DNA of 64,000 nucleotides, taken from NCBI RefSeq assembly GCF_009914755.1, contig NC_060944.1; one strand, written 5' to 3'. Numbering within the stretch: the first letter of the stretch is position 1; every line of letters begins with the position of its first letter. The notes below the pieces were generated by a model. It did not search any database. It saw only the letters and a list, made by a program, of their open reading frames with translations, and was not told where the DNA came from. The position numbers and the translations under genes are program-made. This DNA is from the human T2T-CHM13v2.0 reference genome, Homo sapiens. Below are positions 1 to 14,865 of the stretch, piece by piece.

Positions 1-52
1 GGCGACAGAGCAAGACTCTGTCTCAAAAATAAATAAATAAATAAATAAATAA
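1..52 (+). mobile_element. Alu 3' end with (AAAT)n tail
   Basis: GGCGACAGAGCAAGACTCTGTCTC plus A-rich tail. Confidence 0.9.
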
Positions 53-54
53 AG

Positions 55-267
55 TCCAACAAGATCTGATGGTTTTATAAAGGGCAGTTCTCCCGCACAC
101 ACTCTTTTGCCTGCCATCATGTAAAATGTGCCTTTGCTTCTCTGCCTTCTGCCATGACTGTGAGACCTCCCAGCCATGGGAAACTGTGAATCATTAAACC
201 TCTTTTTCTTCATAAATTACCCAGTCTTGGGTATTTCTTCATAGCAGTATGAAAATGGACTAATACA
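55..267 (+). mobile_element. MaLR LTR 3' part (THE1/MST type)
   Basis: Typical ...ATTAAACCTCTTTTTC...AATGGACTAATACA terminus. Confidence 0.8.
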
Positions 268-1766
268 ATAGATAAGGATACATTTAGATATTTTCAAAAG
301 TAAACCCACTGAGAGACTTGATCACCAACAGGAGCTTCTTAAGAGTAAATTACAAGGGTTTAAAAATATAATTCCATAGAATGAATAAGATCTGGTATTT
401 GATAGCATAACAGGATGACTGCAGTTCACAATAATTTATCGTACATTTTAAAATAACTAAAAGAGTATAATTGGATTTTATGTAATACAAAGAAGAGATA
501 AGTGCTTGAGGTAATGGATATCCCATTTACCCTGATGTGATCAGTATACACTAAATTCCTGTATCAAACTATTTCATGTGCCCCGTAAATATATACACCT
601 ACTATTTATCACAAAAAATAAAAATAAAACAACTTTTAAGATAAAAAAAATTCACCGAAAACAAAAAAGTAAACTATAAGAAGAAAGAAAAGAGTTCTTA
701 TATGAAGATCTGAGAATCAAAGTGAAGGAATAATAGATATGGTATGGGAAATCAAATCATAGTGGATGAGAGGTGAGTCACAACCACAGTATAAAACATT
801 AAGTTTAAGCAGATATCTGCAATTTGAAAATTGGAATTTGGAAAAAGTGTCCTCTAGTCTGCAAGTGTGCTAATTAGGATCAGCTGAGATCCCTCCATTC
901 TGACATTATCCTCCCTAAATACGTGAAATGTAGACTTTTAACACAAATTTTTAAAAATTTTTTCTAATGTTCAGAAACAGTTTTTCCACTGTTTCCATGT
1001 CACTTCATGTGAGTGGTAAGAACAGTAATGATCATTATCATTCTTTTCTTTTTGTTTTCAACCTAACCTGAGTCAATTCTCTCTGCCTTCTATTTTTGTA
1101 AAATATAGACACCAGAAGACACCATCCCAACTGAATTTAGACAATGTTATTGTAAACTTCAAAAATAAAAGAAAAGAAAACTGAAAAAAATAAGCTACTG
1201 CTCTCACCTTAATCAGAATGAATGTGAATCCACAATACAATTAACAAACATTTCTGCCTTAGACCCCAGGAATACAAATTAACAAACTGCTAGACAAGAC
1301 TATTATTCTGCTAGATGGAGAGTAAAGAAAGTCTAAAAGAGGCAAGGAATGATATCACCTCAAGCCTCACTGTTTTCTCAACTGAAAAATCCTTTTTCTA
1401 CTCCAGATCTCTACTCAGGCCTCATTTTAGGATTCCCTGAGAATTGTTCCTTTCTCATAGAATGCCCATATCAAGTGATAATCCAATGTCTGCCATTACT
1501 CAGTGACAGTTTAGTACCTACTTTGTATCAAAGAAACAAGACAAATAACAAAAGACAAAAAAAAAAAAAAAAAACACAGTTTGATTCCCTGCTCTATCTT
1601 AATACTGTGTGACTTGGGCTAATTATGTCACCTCTCTGGACTTCAGTTTCCTAATAAGTAAGATAGAGATAATAAGAGGATTGTTGTAAGAATGGAATGA
1701 CACATAGCAAGGGTCAATGAGAACTATTATTATAGCTATTATAATTGTTAAGAAATAATGACACAG

Positions 1767-2063
1767 GGCTGGGTGTGGTGGCTCATGACTGTAATCCCAG
1801 CACTTTGGGATGCTGAGGCAGGTGGATCACTGGAGCCCAGGAGTTTGAGAGCAGACTGGGCAACATAGTAAGACCCTGCCTCTAAAAACACAAATAGAAA
1901 AATTAGCCAGGCATGGTAGCGCACACGTGTAGTCCCAGCTACTCAGGAGGCTGAGGTGGGAGGATTGCTTGAGCCTGGGAGGGTTAGGCTACAGTGAGCC
2001 ATGATCGCACTACTGCACTCCATCCTAGGCAACCAAGCAAGACCGTGTCTCAAAAAAAAAAAA
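1767..2063 (+). mobile_element. Alu (J-like)
   Basis: Dimeric Alu structure with A tail. Confidence 0.9.
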
Positions 2064-2589
2064 GAGAGACAGATAGTGAGACAGAGTTTATGTGAAGACT
2101 TTCATGGGTGGGAGCATCAACTGAGCTATGAAGGATGAGAAGGCGTTCATCACAGAGGTGAGCTGAGTGTTGGGGACCAGCTGGAGGGAGCCATGAACAA
2201 ACGCAATGTAGGGGGCAGGAGAGGATGGCGAGAGGGTTGCAGTGGCTGAAGAGAAGGTCTGTGAGGGACAGTCATGGGAGGTGAAACCGGGTCACCACGT
2301 GAGGGCTTGGATGTCTGGACCCCGGGTGGTGATGAGCAAAGGAAGAAATCTAAGCAGGAGAATGACATAGAGAAGTTTCCTACCAAGAATCCCTCTAATA
2401 ATAGAGATTAATGCAGAGAAAACCTGGGGGCAGGGAGACCAGTGAGGAACCATTTTTGGTGTTCTCACCCCGGGCCTCGGGGCACAGGTAGCTCTCATGG
2501 GCAGCCTAAGTGTCCCAGCTCCCAGAGAAGCAGCAAAACTGTGAAAAGATTATGCAGCTCCTGCCTCTGAAGTGGGCTGAAAAATAGAT

Positions 2590-3470
<881 letters not shown>

Positions 3471-3518
3471 TAATTCTTTAAAAGAAATGGGTTATCAGCC
3501 AGAGCAGGATCCAATACC

Positions 3519-4100
3519 AGGCACAACCCTAACATTTGCAGGTCCTGAGGCAAGAAGGCAAATGAAGGCTACTGTGTCATGTCCTTTGTCTGCATACTTA
3601 AATGTTTTAATCAAGCTAATAAAAAGAATACATAAAATATATCTATCCTCATTTACGAGATAGCCCTTCATAATGACCTGAAAGGTCAGGTTTGAATTTA
3701 TAATTCTCTGATTCCTCAGAACTCCATGCAGGAACATGGCATTCCGAGGGAAGCCTGCCCAGCCCACAGCTCACCTCTCTTCTCACCCATCCCTAGCTCT
3801 GCCCACAGACCCTGCAAACAAGAGCATCCCTTGATGCTTCTCCTGCCTAGGGGTCGGCACCCAGTGGGCCCCACCCTCCAGGGAGGGACCTTGAGGAAAG
3901 GCCCCTGCAGCTCCTTGAAGCAGGCACAAGGTTTCTCTGGGCAGGCAATCCCAGGACCCAGCTACTCAAAGCATGACCCAGAAAGGGAGGAGGGCAGGCA
4001 GAGGCTCCTCGTGGGCATATTCCCCTTGCTCCTAGCAACTCCTCACCCCATGAGGAGGGACTTAGCCAGAGGAGGGGCCCCTCTTTCCAGAGTCTAAGGG
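3519..4100. mobile_element. Probable old hAT (MER45-like) DNA transposon remnant
   Basis: Terminal ...GAGGCAAGAAGGCAAATGAAGGC and GGGGCCCC motifs; recognised by eye only. Confidence 0.35.
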
Positions 4101-5161
4101 CAGAAATATTGAGCTGAGAGCAAATAGTCTTCCTGGATGATAATGAACTCCTTCTGTCTGTCTCTATGCCATGAACCATGCTTTACCGAGCACTCTTGGT
4201 CCCTGGCCTCACTGCAGAGGACGCAGTTCAGGGTGAAAAACTAACTGTGTTGGTTAAATGGGGCCCAGAGAATAGGACTTGAGAATAAAGTCTGGGAAGA
4301 CACCCAGATTCTCTAGATTCCCAAACAGGATTCTTAAATGTTCCCCATGAGTGAGTCTTCTCCCCAGCTAAAGTACCAATTCAAATGAGACAGGCTTCTG
4401 TCTCCCTCAGACTCTAACACAGTTGGAAGGCACACAGTTCATATTTCATAAATCCTTGAATAAATCAATGAACAATAGGTGACGACATTTGTTGAGTGCT
4501 TACCTTTGCATTATTATGTCATTTCATCCTTACTGCAATCCTGAAATAGATTCTACAATTACTCTAATTTACAGAGGAGGAAGATGAAGTTCTGAGAGGT
4601 TTATATGCAGAGTCTGCCAGTAGTAAGTGGCAGAGCTGAAGTGAATATGAATGAATGAATCGGTGAAAGAATGGAAAAAATGAATAATGAACAAATTCAT
4701 ATATAAATAAGCAAATCATGTGCTTTATCTTTTTTTAGTACTCAGACACCTTCTAACCCCTGGGGCTGGGCCTCTTGAGCACTAGAAAGCATCAGCTGGT
4801 TTCTCTAGAACCCCAAGGATTTGGGTTATATTCAGCCCCATCCACTCTCAGCCCATTCACTCTCAAGATGGACCAACTCTCCCAGCCTAAGGATTCTCCC
4901 ACTCTTTAGGCATCTGCTATGCCTTTAAATCTCTCAGCTCCCACCATGTTCTCCCCAGTCCACTCCTGACTCAATAGCCTCTCCTGCAGCTGGTAGATGG
5001 GGAATCATCTTCAAGACTGTAATGATCACACCATCGCTATGACCCAGCCCTAGTGACTTCTCTCGACTAGCTCTTCACCTCCCCCTGCCATCCCCCCACC
5101 CTCAATCCATTTGAAGTATCATTCCTTATGATTGACAGACACCAGAAACAAATTTGTGAGT

Positions 5162-5167
5162 TTTAAT
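5162..5167 (-). terminator. ATTAAA polyadenylation signal of the DEFB120-type exon
   Basis: About 40 nt after the stop codon, with GT-rich sequence downstream. Confidence 0.7.
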
Positions 5168-5205
5168 GAAATGTGGACCCTAAGCAACCTGAAACAAAGT
5201 CATTT

Positions 5206-5411
5206 CTATCTATTAGTTATATTTGTCTTCATTTTTGGAGCTGTTGTGGACATCTGAGGAGTGGTCCAGCCAAGGATTCCATGAATTGTTACTGGTTGGA
5301 TTGTTAAATAACGACTAGGAACACAGCACCGTTTACGATTTCGGCAGCGTATGATGCTGTCTTCACCATCTTTGCACAACAACCGGCAGTGTCCATCCAT
5401 CCAACACTCTA
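5206..5411 (-). CDS. DEFB119: Proximal alternative terminal exon of DEFB119 (former DEFB120); gives an 88-aa isoform ...VECWMDGHCRLLCKDGEDSIIRCRNRKRCCVPSRY...TNITNR
   Basis: Acceptor CCCCAAAG|TA in phase with exon 1; six-Cys motif C-X5-C-X3-C-X9-C-X5-CC; stop TAG at 5208-5206; ATTAAA downstream. Confidence 0.93.
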
Positions 5412-5819
5412 CTTTGGGGCATATGAACAACAATTAAGCAGATGTTAGTATCCCTCAAGCGGAGAGAAAAGACAAGGCAGAGGAGGAACAGGAGGACAGG
5501 GAAGAAGAGAAGAAAGCCAGCTGAGTGAGTAATGCCAGACCCAGTCCCAGGAAAAGAGAGAAGAGACCTTGAGAGGGAAGAGAACTGAGACAATGGTTCC
5601 AACTGAGAGCTCCGAAGTTTTTGGGAGAGCCTTTTTTGGACTTCTCACCCTTCTGTCTTCCTATCCCCCAACTTCCTACTCCTTACTTTGGAATCAACTG
5701 AAGCTAATTAATGTCCCACCTAGCAGAGCTAGGGATGAAGGGAAAAGGACATGATCACCTGTAATATTAGGGAACGAAGAGGATTCACTCACATTACACA
5801 GACCCTGTTTCTTATCAAT

Positions 5820-6420
5820 AACCTGACCCTATTTCACATAAGCCCAACAAGCCTCAGCTCCAGCCGCATCCCAATCTGCAATCTTCCTTGACCCTATATT
5901 AACCCAATTCAAACTCAAACTCATTCAGGCCTGCCTTAATTAGAACTCCCAGCCTTACTCAACTCAATGCCCCCAAGCCCCAACTCCAAGCCAAACCCTA
6001 ATCTAATCTAATCTAACCCTAATCTAATCAAGTCACTAACCTCAATTCCCAGCAGTATGCCATGACCAAGCTGAACCCAATCACCCTGCAGCATCCAGCA
6101 CCGACTCCCAGCCTCAGCCCAAGCCCCAGCCTAATCCTCAACACCAGCTCCACTCAACCCCAAATCCCATCCTGTCTCCAACTCTGCCCTAAACCATCAG
6201 GGAAGCCCAGCTCCTCACCTCCAGCTCATCCTAATATTCCTTCTATCACTCCAATCCCAAGGTTTTTCCTCCACATCACAACTCACCCCAGCTTCCACTC
6301 TAGTCTCCCGAAGTCCTCAACAAGTCCCCAACCTGCACCCACGCTTTGCCCCTCAAACCTCTCCCAAGCTCCCACCAGGATACCACCCTGGCCCTCAAGC
6401 ACCAGATGCTCCAAACATCT
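5820..6420. repeat. C/A-rich low-complexity tract with (CTAAT)n/AACCCT units
   Basis: Strong strand asymmetry; AACCCTAATCTAATCTAATCTAACCCTAATCTAATC near 5994-6029. Confidence 0.7.
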
Positions 6421-6603
6421 ATCATCCCACCACTCTGGCAAAAAAGAATCAGAGAGAGATATTAACTTGAGATGATCCTGGGCAAACCTCCCGAAGCTGC
6501 AGGAGAGAAGGAAAGGCTTCAGATGATGCCCACAGTGAGAGGGAAGGGAAAGACGGGAAGCCCATGACCAGGAACCCAGACCCCCGAGACAGGCTCACGT
6601 TAC

Positions 6604-6664
6604 CTGATATCACTGGTTCTTCTATGGCCAGAAGGATGGCAAGAAACAGGTAAAGAAGTTTCAT
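6604..6664 (-). CDS. DEFB119: Beta-defensin 119 exon 1, signal peptide MKLLYLFLAILLAIEEPVIS
   Basis: ATG at 6664 in GCCATG context; 61 nt (20 codons + 1) ending at phase-1 donor G|GTAACG; hydrophobic signal peptide recognised as DEFB119. Confidence 0.95.
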
Positions 6665-6749
6665 GGCTGGCAGACCTGAGAGGAGGAGGTGGCTGAGCTG
6701 CAGGGGAAGGAAATAGGGTTCCCTGCAGCACGGCAGAGATGAGCTTTGC

Positions 6750-6800
6750 TTTTATCAGCAGGGCTGTGGGCAGTGAATTAGAACAGGAGGGGATTTATAT
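6750..6800 (-). promoter_or_regulatory. Candidate DEFB119 core promoter (TATAAA 6799-6794; GATAAAA 6756-6750)
   Basis: TATA-like and GATA-type boxes 90-135 nt upstream of the ATG. Confidence 0.5.
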
Positions 6801-7272
6801 GAGGTCATCCAGGCCAAAGGACAGTGTGTAGCAGATGTCTCAGCAAAGCACAAGATGAGAGTGTGGGAAACTGGCCAGTACCAATGCCAGTAAAGGGACA
6901 GGTCAATTAAAGCCATTTGGCCTGTGAGACCCACAAAGGAATTAATTAATGCATAATAAATACATATCAAGAAATATTTAACTTAAAAATTACTTTGCAC
7001 TTCTCTGATAAATAGTAAGAACATTTATTCAACACATGTATTTGTCTCTTTGTTTCTTCCTTTTGAATTATTTAGTCAGATATCTGGACAATTCTATTGG
7101 GGTGTTGTTGGGTACTTGCTGATTTGCAAGAGCTCTTCAGTGCTGTTATTATATTAACTGTCTTGTCATGTTTGGTGACAATATTGTTCTCCATGATTAT
7201 GTTCTGTTTTAAAATATATTTTTTCCTATAAATGTTTAAAAGATATTTAAATCTTAAAAACTAAATTAAACA

Positions 7273-7584
<312 letters not shown>

Positions 7585-7592
7585 TTACTTAT

Positions 7593-7656
7593 TCTCAGCT
7601 TTCTAACAGAAGGATACACATGTGTCTCAGCTTTCTAACAGAAGGATACACATGTG
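7593..7656. repeat. Perfect 32-bp tandem duplication
   Basis: TCTCAGCTTTCTAACAGAAGGATACACATGTG occurs twice. Confidence 0.95.
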
Positions 7657-8320
7657 TAATGTCTTTCAGAACTTTGAACTTGCCAATCTTGTTTCCAGTT
7701 CAGGGCCTTAGCAGTTGTCATCTGTTCTCCCTGTAAAGCTCTTTCTCCAAATCTTCCCATGAAAATCTCCTGCTCATCATTCCATATCATCCCAAATGTC
7801 ACCTCCTTGGAGAGACTTTCCCTGGCCACCTTAGATAACGGTAACTCCAACCCACAGTCACTCTGGACTGTAATAACTTGGTTTATGATCTTCATATATG
7901 TATCTATTCTTTTAAATTTTATTTTACATGTTTGATTTTTGTCTCTCCACTTAGAATGTCAGAAACCTGGCTTATAACCCCAGTACCCATAACATCACCT
8001 GGTGTATTAAGATACTTATTCAACTGTTTTAACTGATATTCCCCCCAAATAAGAATGATTCCAAAAGACAGACATGGATTTCTTTTTTATGTAAAAGTCT
8101 GGGTATGCAGTTAAGTGTGACAGCTTCACCATTCAGCAGGGATCTAGGTTCCTTTTGGCTTGATGCTCTGCCATCCTCAAGAGGCTGCATCATGTGATGA
8201 CCCTGAGCTGCTCCAGTTCCCACCGTCAAGTTCCCATCCAGCCATCAGGAAAGGAGGAGTGATGGAAGTGAAATGCAACACCTTTCCCTTTAAGGACACC
8301 ACTCAGAAGTTTCACCCCTC

Positions 8321-8630
8321 GGCTTGGCACAGTGGCTCACACCTGTGATCCCAGCACATTGGGAGGCCAAGGTCGGTGGATCATTTGAGGTAGGAGTTCA
8401 AGACCAGCCTGGCCAAACTGATGAAACCTCGTCTCTACTAAAAATACAAAAAAAAAAAAAAAAATTAGCCAGACGTGGTGGTGAGCACCGTAATCCCAGC
8501 TACTCAGGAGCCTGAGGCAGGAGAATGGCTTGAACCCAGGAGGTGGAAGTTGCAGTGAGCTGAGATCGTACCACTGCACTCCAGCCTAGGCAACAGGGTG
8601 AGACACCGTCCCTCCAAAAAATAAGAATAA
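8321..8630 (+). mobile_element. Alu
   Basis: Alu consensus. Confidence 0.9.
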
Positions 8631-10397
8631 TAAGTTGCACCCTTTGCTTCCAATCCTGTCCACCTCCCAGAGCTCATTTAGACCATCATGCGCAGCTGCA
8701 AGGGAGGCTGGAAATATTTTCCTTATTCTAGGCAACCATTTCTAGCTAAAATATAGGGGTTGTCTTATTAAGAAGGGAAAGAGATACATGGGGGGTGGAG
8801 TTCTAGCAATCTCTAACATACCTGACATTAAATATTAAATAATATTTAATAAATATCTGTAGACAAATAAATATAGCTTACTTTAATAAATAATTATAGA
8901 TAAATAACTTATACATTGAGTAAGGCTATGAGAAGTGATCTAGTGGGGAGGAAACCCAAGTCCCTGTAACTCCAGGGCTTTGGGAGGCCAAGGGGGGAAC
9001 CAGATTGAGCCCAGGAGTTCCAGACCAGCCTGGGCAACATATGTGACCTCATCACTACAAAAAAATTTTTTAATTAGCCAAGTGTGGTGGTACACACCTG
9101 TAGTCCCTGCTACTCAGGGGGCCAAGATGGGAGGATTGATTGAGTCTTGGAGTTCAAGGCTGCAAAACATTCAATTGTTGTTTTTCTGCCTTCCCTGCAG
9201 CTAGAATATGGACACGTGGGTAGGTTCAGCCAATCAGATGACTCCATCCTATTTTTTGAATCAGGTGCTCAAGATTCCAGGAAGAAGGAACAGTAGATAA
9301 TTTATCTTAACAAAGGAGTCCATTATGATGTCCAGTTTCCAGGGGCAATAGGGAAGCAGGGCAAATAGGGGTAGAGTTTAGGGTCCTGAGCAATGGCGTT
9401 TGGTGGCAGCTGTGTCCTCACTAGACCAGGTCCATGGGGTGATTTTTCACTCTGGCTCCTCCTACCCTTCCTCCCTGGTTCCTACCCATTTTCTAAGCCT
9501 CGCTCTAGGAATTCTCTGAACTTCCAAACAGCCAAAAGATTCCCTTTGCTAAACACTCTTACGGATGCAGTGACCATGGGCAAGTTGTTTAACCAATTTT
9601 GGAGATAATAATACGGGCTCATGGTTTGTTGTGACCTTTAAGTGATAAGTGCCTATCCAGAGTTCAAAACAGTGCCTGGCAGGTAGTAAGTGCTCGATAC
9701 ATTTTAGTTACAATTTCTTTGTTTCCAGGTAAGGGAGGAGAGAATTTAGAGCCTTGAGCGCATTTGACCTCTACAGCCTCAGTGAAAACGAAGCCAAGTT
9801 TCTCTGTTGTGTCAGGGATTAGGGCTTGGAGAAAATAGGCAAGATCTCAAGAAGCCCCTGTCAGGCATGGAGGAAATACACTGGGCAGAAAGCTGTGAGG
9901 GGGGACCTGCGATCAGGGCTGGATGGCTCAATAGGAGGACTGAGCACCTGCCCAGGCTCAGGGCACTGGCAAGACATGGGCCAAAACAAAGCAAGAAAAT
10001 GTAAAGAACCCCCTTTAATTTCAGTAGACAGGAATGCTTTGTATCATTTCACAGAAGTAAAATTTTATTTCAGAGTTGAATGTTGTTTTATTTTGAATTC
10101 CACTGGGAGTGCTGTAAACTTCTTGGTGTTTAACGTTACTAAAGTTGTTCATGAGGACTTGCTTGGTGTGTAATGGAGCTGACCAGGATAAGGGAATTTG
10201 GGGGTGCTATTCAGCAGTGTGATGAACACACCAGGCATGCAATTTGGTCCAAAACTGAGCAACTTACCATGTGTCCTTAGCATGTCATGCAACATCTACA
10301 GGACTCAATAATGAAATGAGACATCATAGCAGAGGAGTTACAAGCCTATATTCTGGAGTTAGTCTCCTGGCTGTGTTACCTTATAAAAGTTACTTAA

Positions 10398-10693
10398 GGC
10401 TGGGTGCGGTGGCTCACGCCTGTAATCCCAGCAATTTGAAAGGCTGAGGTAGGCAGATCATTTGAGGCCAGGAGTTTGAGACCAACCTGGCCAACATGGT
10501 GAAACCCAATCTCTACTAAAAAATACAAAAATTATCCAGGTGTGGTGGGACATGCCTGTAATCCTGGCTATTCAGGAAGCTGAGGCAGGAGAATCGCTTG
10601 AATTCTGGAGGCAGAGTTGTAGTGAGCCAAGATCACACCACTGCACTCCAGCCTAAGCAAAAGTGTGAGACTCTGTCTCAAAACAAAAAAAAA
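10398..10693 (+). mobile_element. Alu inside a MIR
   Basis: Alu consensus; MIR core (CTCAGTTTCCTC...TAAAATGGGG) resumes after it. Confidence 0.88.
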
Positions 10694-12474
10694 GTTAGTT
10701 AACCTCTTTGAATCTCAGTTTCCTCTTCTATAAAATGGGGGTAATAATATTTCATAGGGTTGATGTTAGGATTAAATGAGTGATTACACATAAGGCACTT
10801 CGAACAATACCTGATACTTGACTTCAATATAAATATGTGGTGTTATTATTGTACTAGACCAGAAGTTCCCAACCTGGAGGTTCCAGGCATTTCCTCACTA
10901 TAGCTCTTTTCAATATTTCATAAGCCCTCTTAGGAATCCCTGTTTGCAAAGGACTGCCCAGGGAGTACTGTGATGACTCAGAAAAATGGCCTTGACCAAC
11001 ATAAGGAGAAATTGAAAAAGATGATTTAATTGCAATAGAACGTTTATATTTCAATATCTGGGTTTATATTTGTGTTGTATTTTGTTTGTGTGTACTTATG
11101 TATACATGTGTAGATTTGTGCAAGTGTTTATATGCTCAAATTTTATATATTTTATGTATATTTTATGTGTTTATATGGTTTATATGTATTTTGCGTGAGT
11201 ATTTGAATGTGTATGTGTACATGCATTGATTCTTACATTAGTTTGCATGTAGACATGTAGAACATGTGTTTCAGTGTTGTTTAGTACCTGTGTACATGTG
11301 CATCTGTTCTCAGATCTCCAAATGCCGTAGCCTGAGCTCCAGTGAGCTCAGTCCCTTTGTTCCTCTCAGGTCTCTACATCCTGTGACTCTGGAACATGAC
11401 AGTTGCTTGATGATTCTTCTATTCAGCTAGGAGATCTGGGCCAAGGCTAAGGGAAGTATGGGGAGCATCGTGGCCAAGAAGCAGAGGCCACTAAGGGAAA
11501 AGAGGCCAGGAGATACGGGATGAGGGGAGTCTTAGTCAGAGAGCCAACTTGGCCCATAATTGCTGCCTGATATCTTCTGGGGCCCACCAAGACTAGAACA
11601 GACTGTAGCTTCAGCCTTTGTAATGCCTCCCACATGGGTACAGCCTGGCCTGGCCAGTTCTGAAGACTGGACACCACCCACTCCCTCGAATCTGTGCAGT
11701 TGCATTTGTAAGTCCTTGAAAAGCCACCCATTCCCTGCAGCCTAAATTCCACAGCAGGGAGAGTAGGGAACCATTCATACTAGTTATCAAGTTCCCAGGA
11801 AGGAGTTCACACAGGCCAGGTATTTTTACCTTATCTCATTTACTCCTCTCACTAACCTATTAGTTTAATAATATGACAAAAAGATGAAAGAAATAAGAGT
11901 CATAAAGTCACAGCCTTTTATGGACATCTTTCACCTCCATGCATTTACACCATCTCCTTCCTTTCCCAGTGACGTAGGAAAAGTGTCCAGGCAAGGGTAG
12001 GTGGTTCAGAGAAAGATAATATGAGGACCAAGTTTGCATAAAATTGTGATGCAGCTATTTTAGAGTGGCTGGATTCCAGAGAAATCCTCTACACCAGCAT
12101 ATCCCCAACTGTGTCCCATTTCAAGCACTGTTCCATGGAAAAAAATAAATGCTAGTGAGAATATTTATCCTACAATTTATTAAAATATTAACAGTCACAT
12201 ACCAGCTATGAATGCCCCCCACACTCAAGCCTCAGGAAATGCTGTAATTACTTATTTGTTTTAAGTGCAGCTCCAAGACACTACTTGCCAAATTAGTGAG
12301 ATGTCCAATGTCAGTTATTATTGGGATTTCATGCCATCCTCCACTTGATCCCACTAGGACCCCATGGTTCTGGGAAATGGGGAAGGATCTGGTCCTTATT
12401 CAATGATGATGACCTTTATTTCCTTGCTCTTCATGGTTGGGATATTGCTGATGGACTCCATTGGCTGTTCATTG

Positions 12475-12858
<384 letters not shown>

Positions 12859-13169
12859 TAGTTCTGGGCAGCTGGAAAATTGCTCTTCATCATGTCTACC
12901 TCCACCAACCACGAGCTCAGCCATCAAGACCTTTGCTGCCCCTCCCAGGGCTATGGTCACAGTGGCTGTCTCCACAGTGACTGCCTTCCATGCAGGCAAC
13001 CCCGTCCAGCACCTGCTACCTTGGGGTGCTTCATCAAACTCCCTTGGAGCCAAACCCCCATCTCCTCTCCCAGTTCTGAGGAAATTCAACACCCTTAGAT
13101 GCCATGACACTCCTCTCTCTTGCCCTCGAAGCTAAAATTCCTCATCTCACTTCTGAAACGATACAATTT

Positions 13170-13462
13170 TTTTCTTCCAAAAGTTTTATACTTTTTTAAA
13201 TTTTATTTTACTTTAAGTTCTGGGATACATGTGCAGAACGTGCAGGTTTGTTACATAGTTATACATGTGCCATGGTGGTTTCCTGCACCCATTAACCTGT
13301 CATCTAGGTTTTAAGCCCCCATGCATTAGGTATTTGTCCTAATACTCTCCCTCCCCTTGCCCCCCACTCCCCAACAAGCCCAGGTGTGTGATGTTCCCCT
13401 CCCTGTATCCATGTGTTCCCATTGTTCAACTCCCACTTACGAGTGAGAACATGCGGTGTTTG
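13170..13462 (-). mobile_element. L1PA 3' end, 5'-truncated
   Basis: TTTAAGTTCTGGGATACATGTGCAG...GAGAACATGCGGTGTTTGG; approximate GAAAC(G/C)ATACAA TSD. Confidence 0.88.
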
Positions 13463-13567
13463 GAAACCATACAAATTAATTGCCCTCTTTGTGCCTACTC
13501 CTCCCAAATAAAAAATTGTAAGGGTTGTCTTCAGGGCAACCCCTGACCTATGCACGCGCACGCGCGT

Positions 13568-13597
<30 letters not shown>
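13568..13597. repeat. (CA)n microsatellite
   Basis: Seen directly. Confidence 0.95.
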
Positions 13598-13599
<2 letters not shown>

Positions 13600-13824
13600 T
13601 TTCAATTCCCCAGTAGAAAAGGAAGGCCAGGATTTAGAACACAAAATCCTGACTTCCTTTCCAAAAACAGGACAGAAAAATATCTTTTCATTCTTTCTGC
13701 TGATATCTGTTCAAACAAAATGAGGAAAAATTTTGAGGTAATTGCTACACTAAATTCTTGATACATCACCCTGCCAAAAAGTTTATTTAAAAAAGCATTA
13801 AATATGTGTATATAGTTGATCTGA

Positions 13825-14865
<1,041 letters not shown>

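Noticed and set aside
1400-1560. Acceptor-like ...TTTGATACAAAG|TAG in the DEFB119 long intron
   Set aside because: The downstream frame has no Cys pattern and stops after about 16 codons.
6062-6475. 137-aa Pro/Ser-rich plus-strand ORF
   Set aside because: By-product of the C-rich low-complexity tract antisense to DEFB119.
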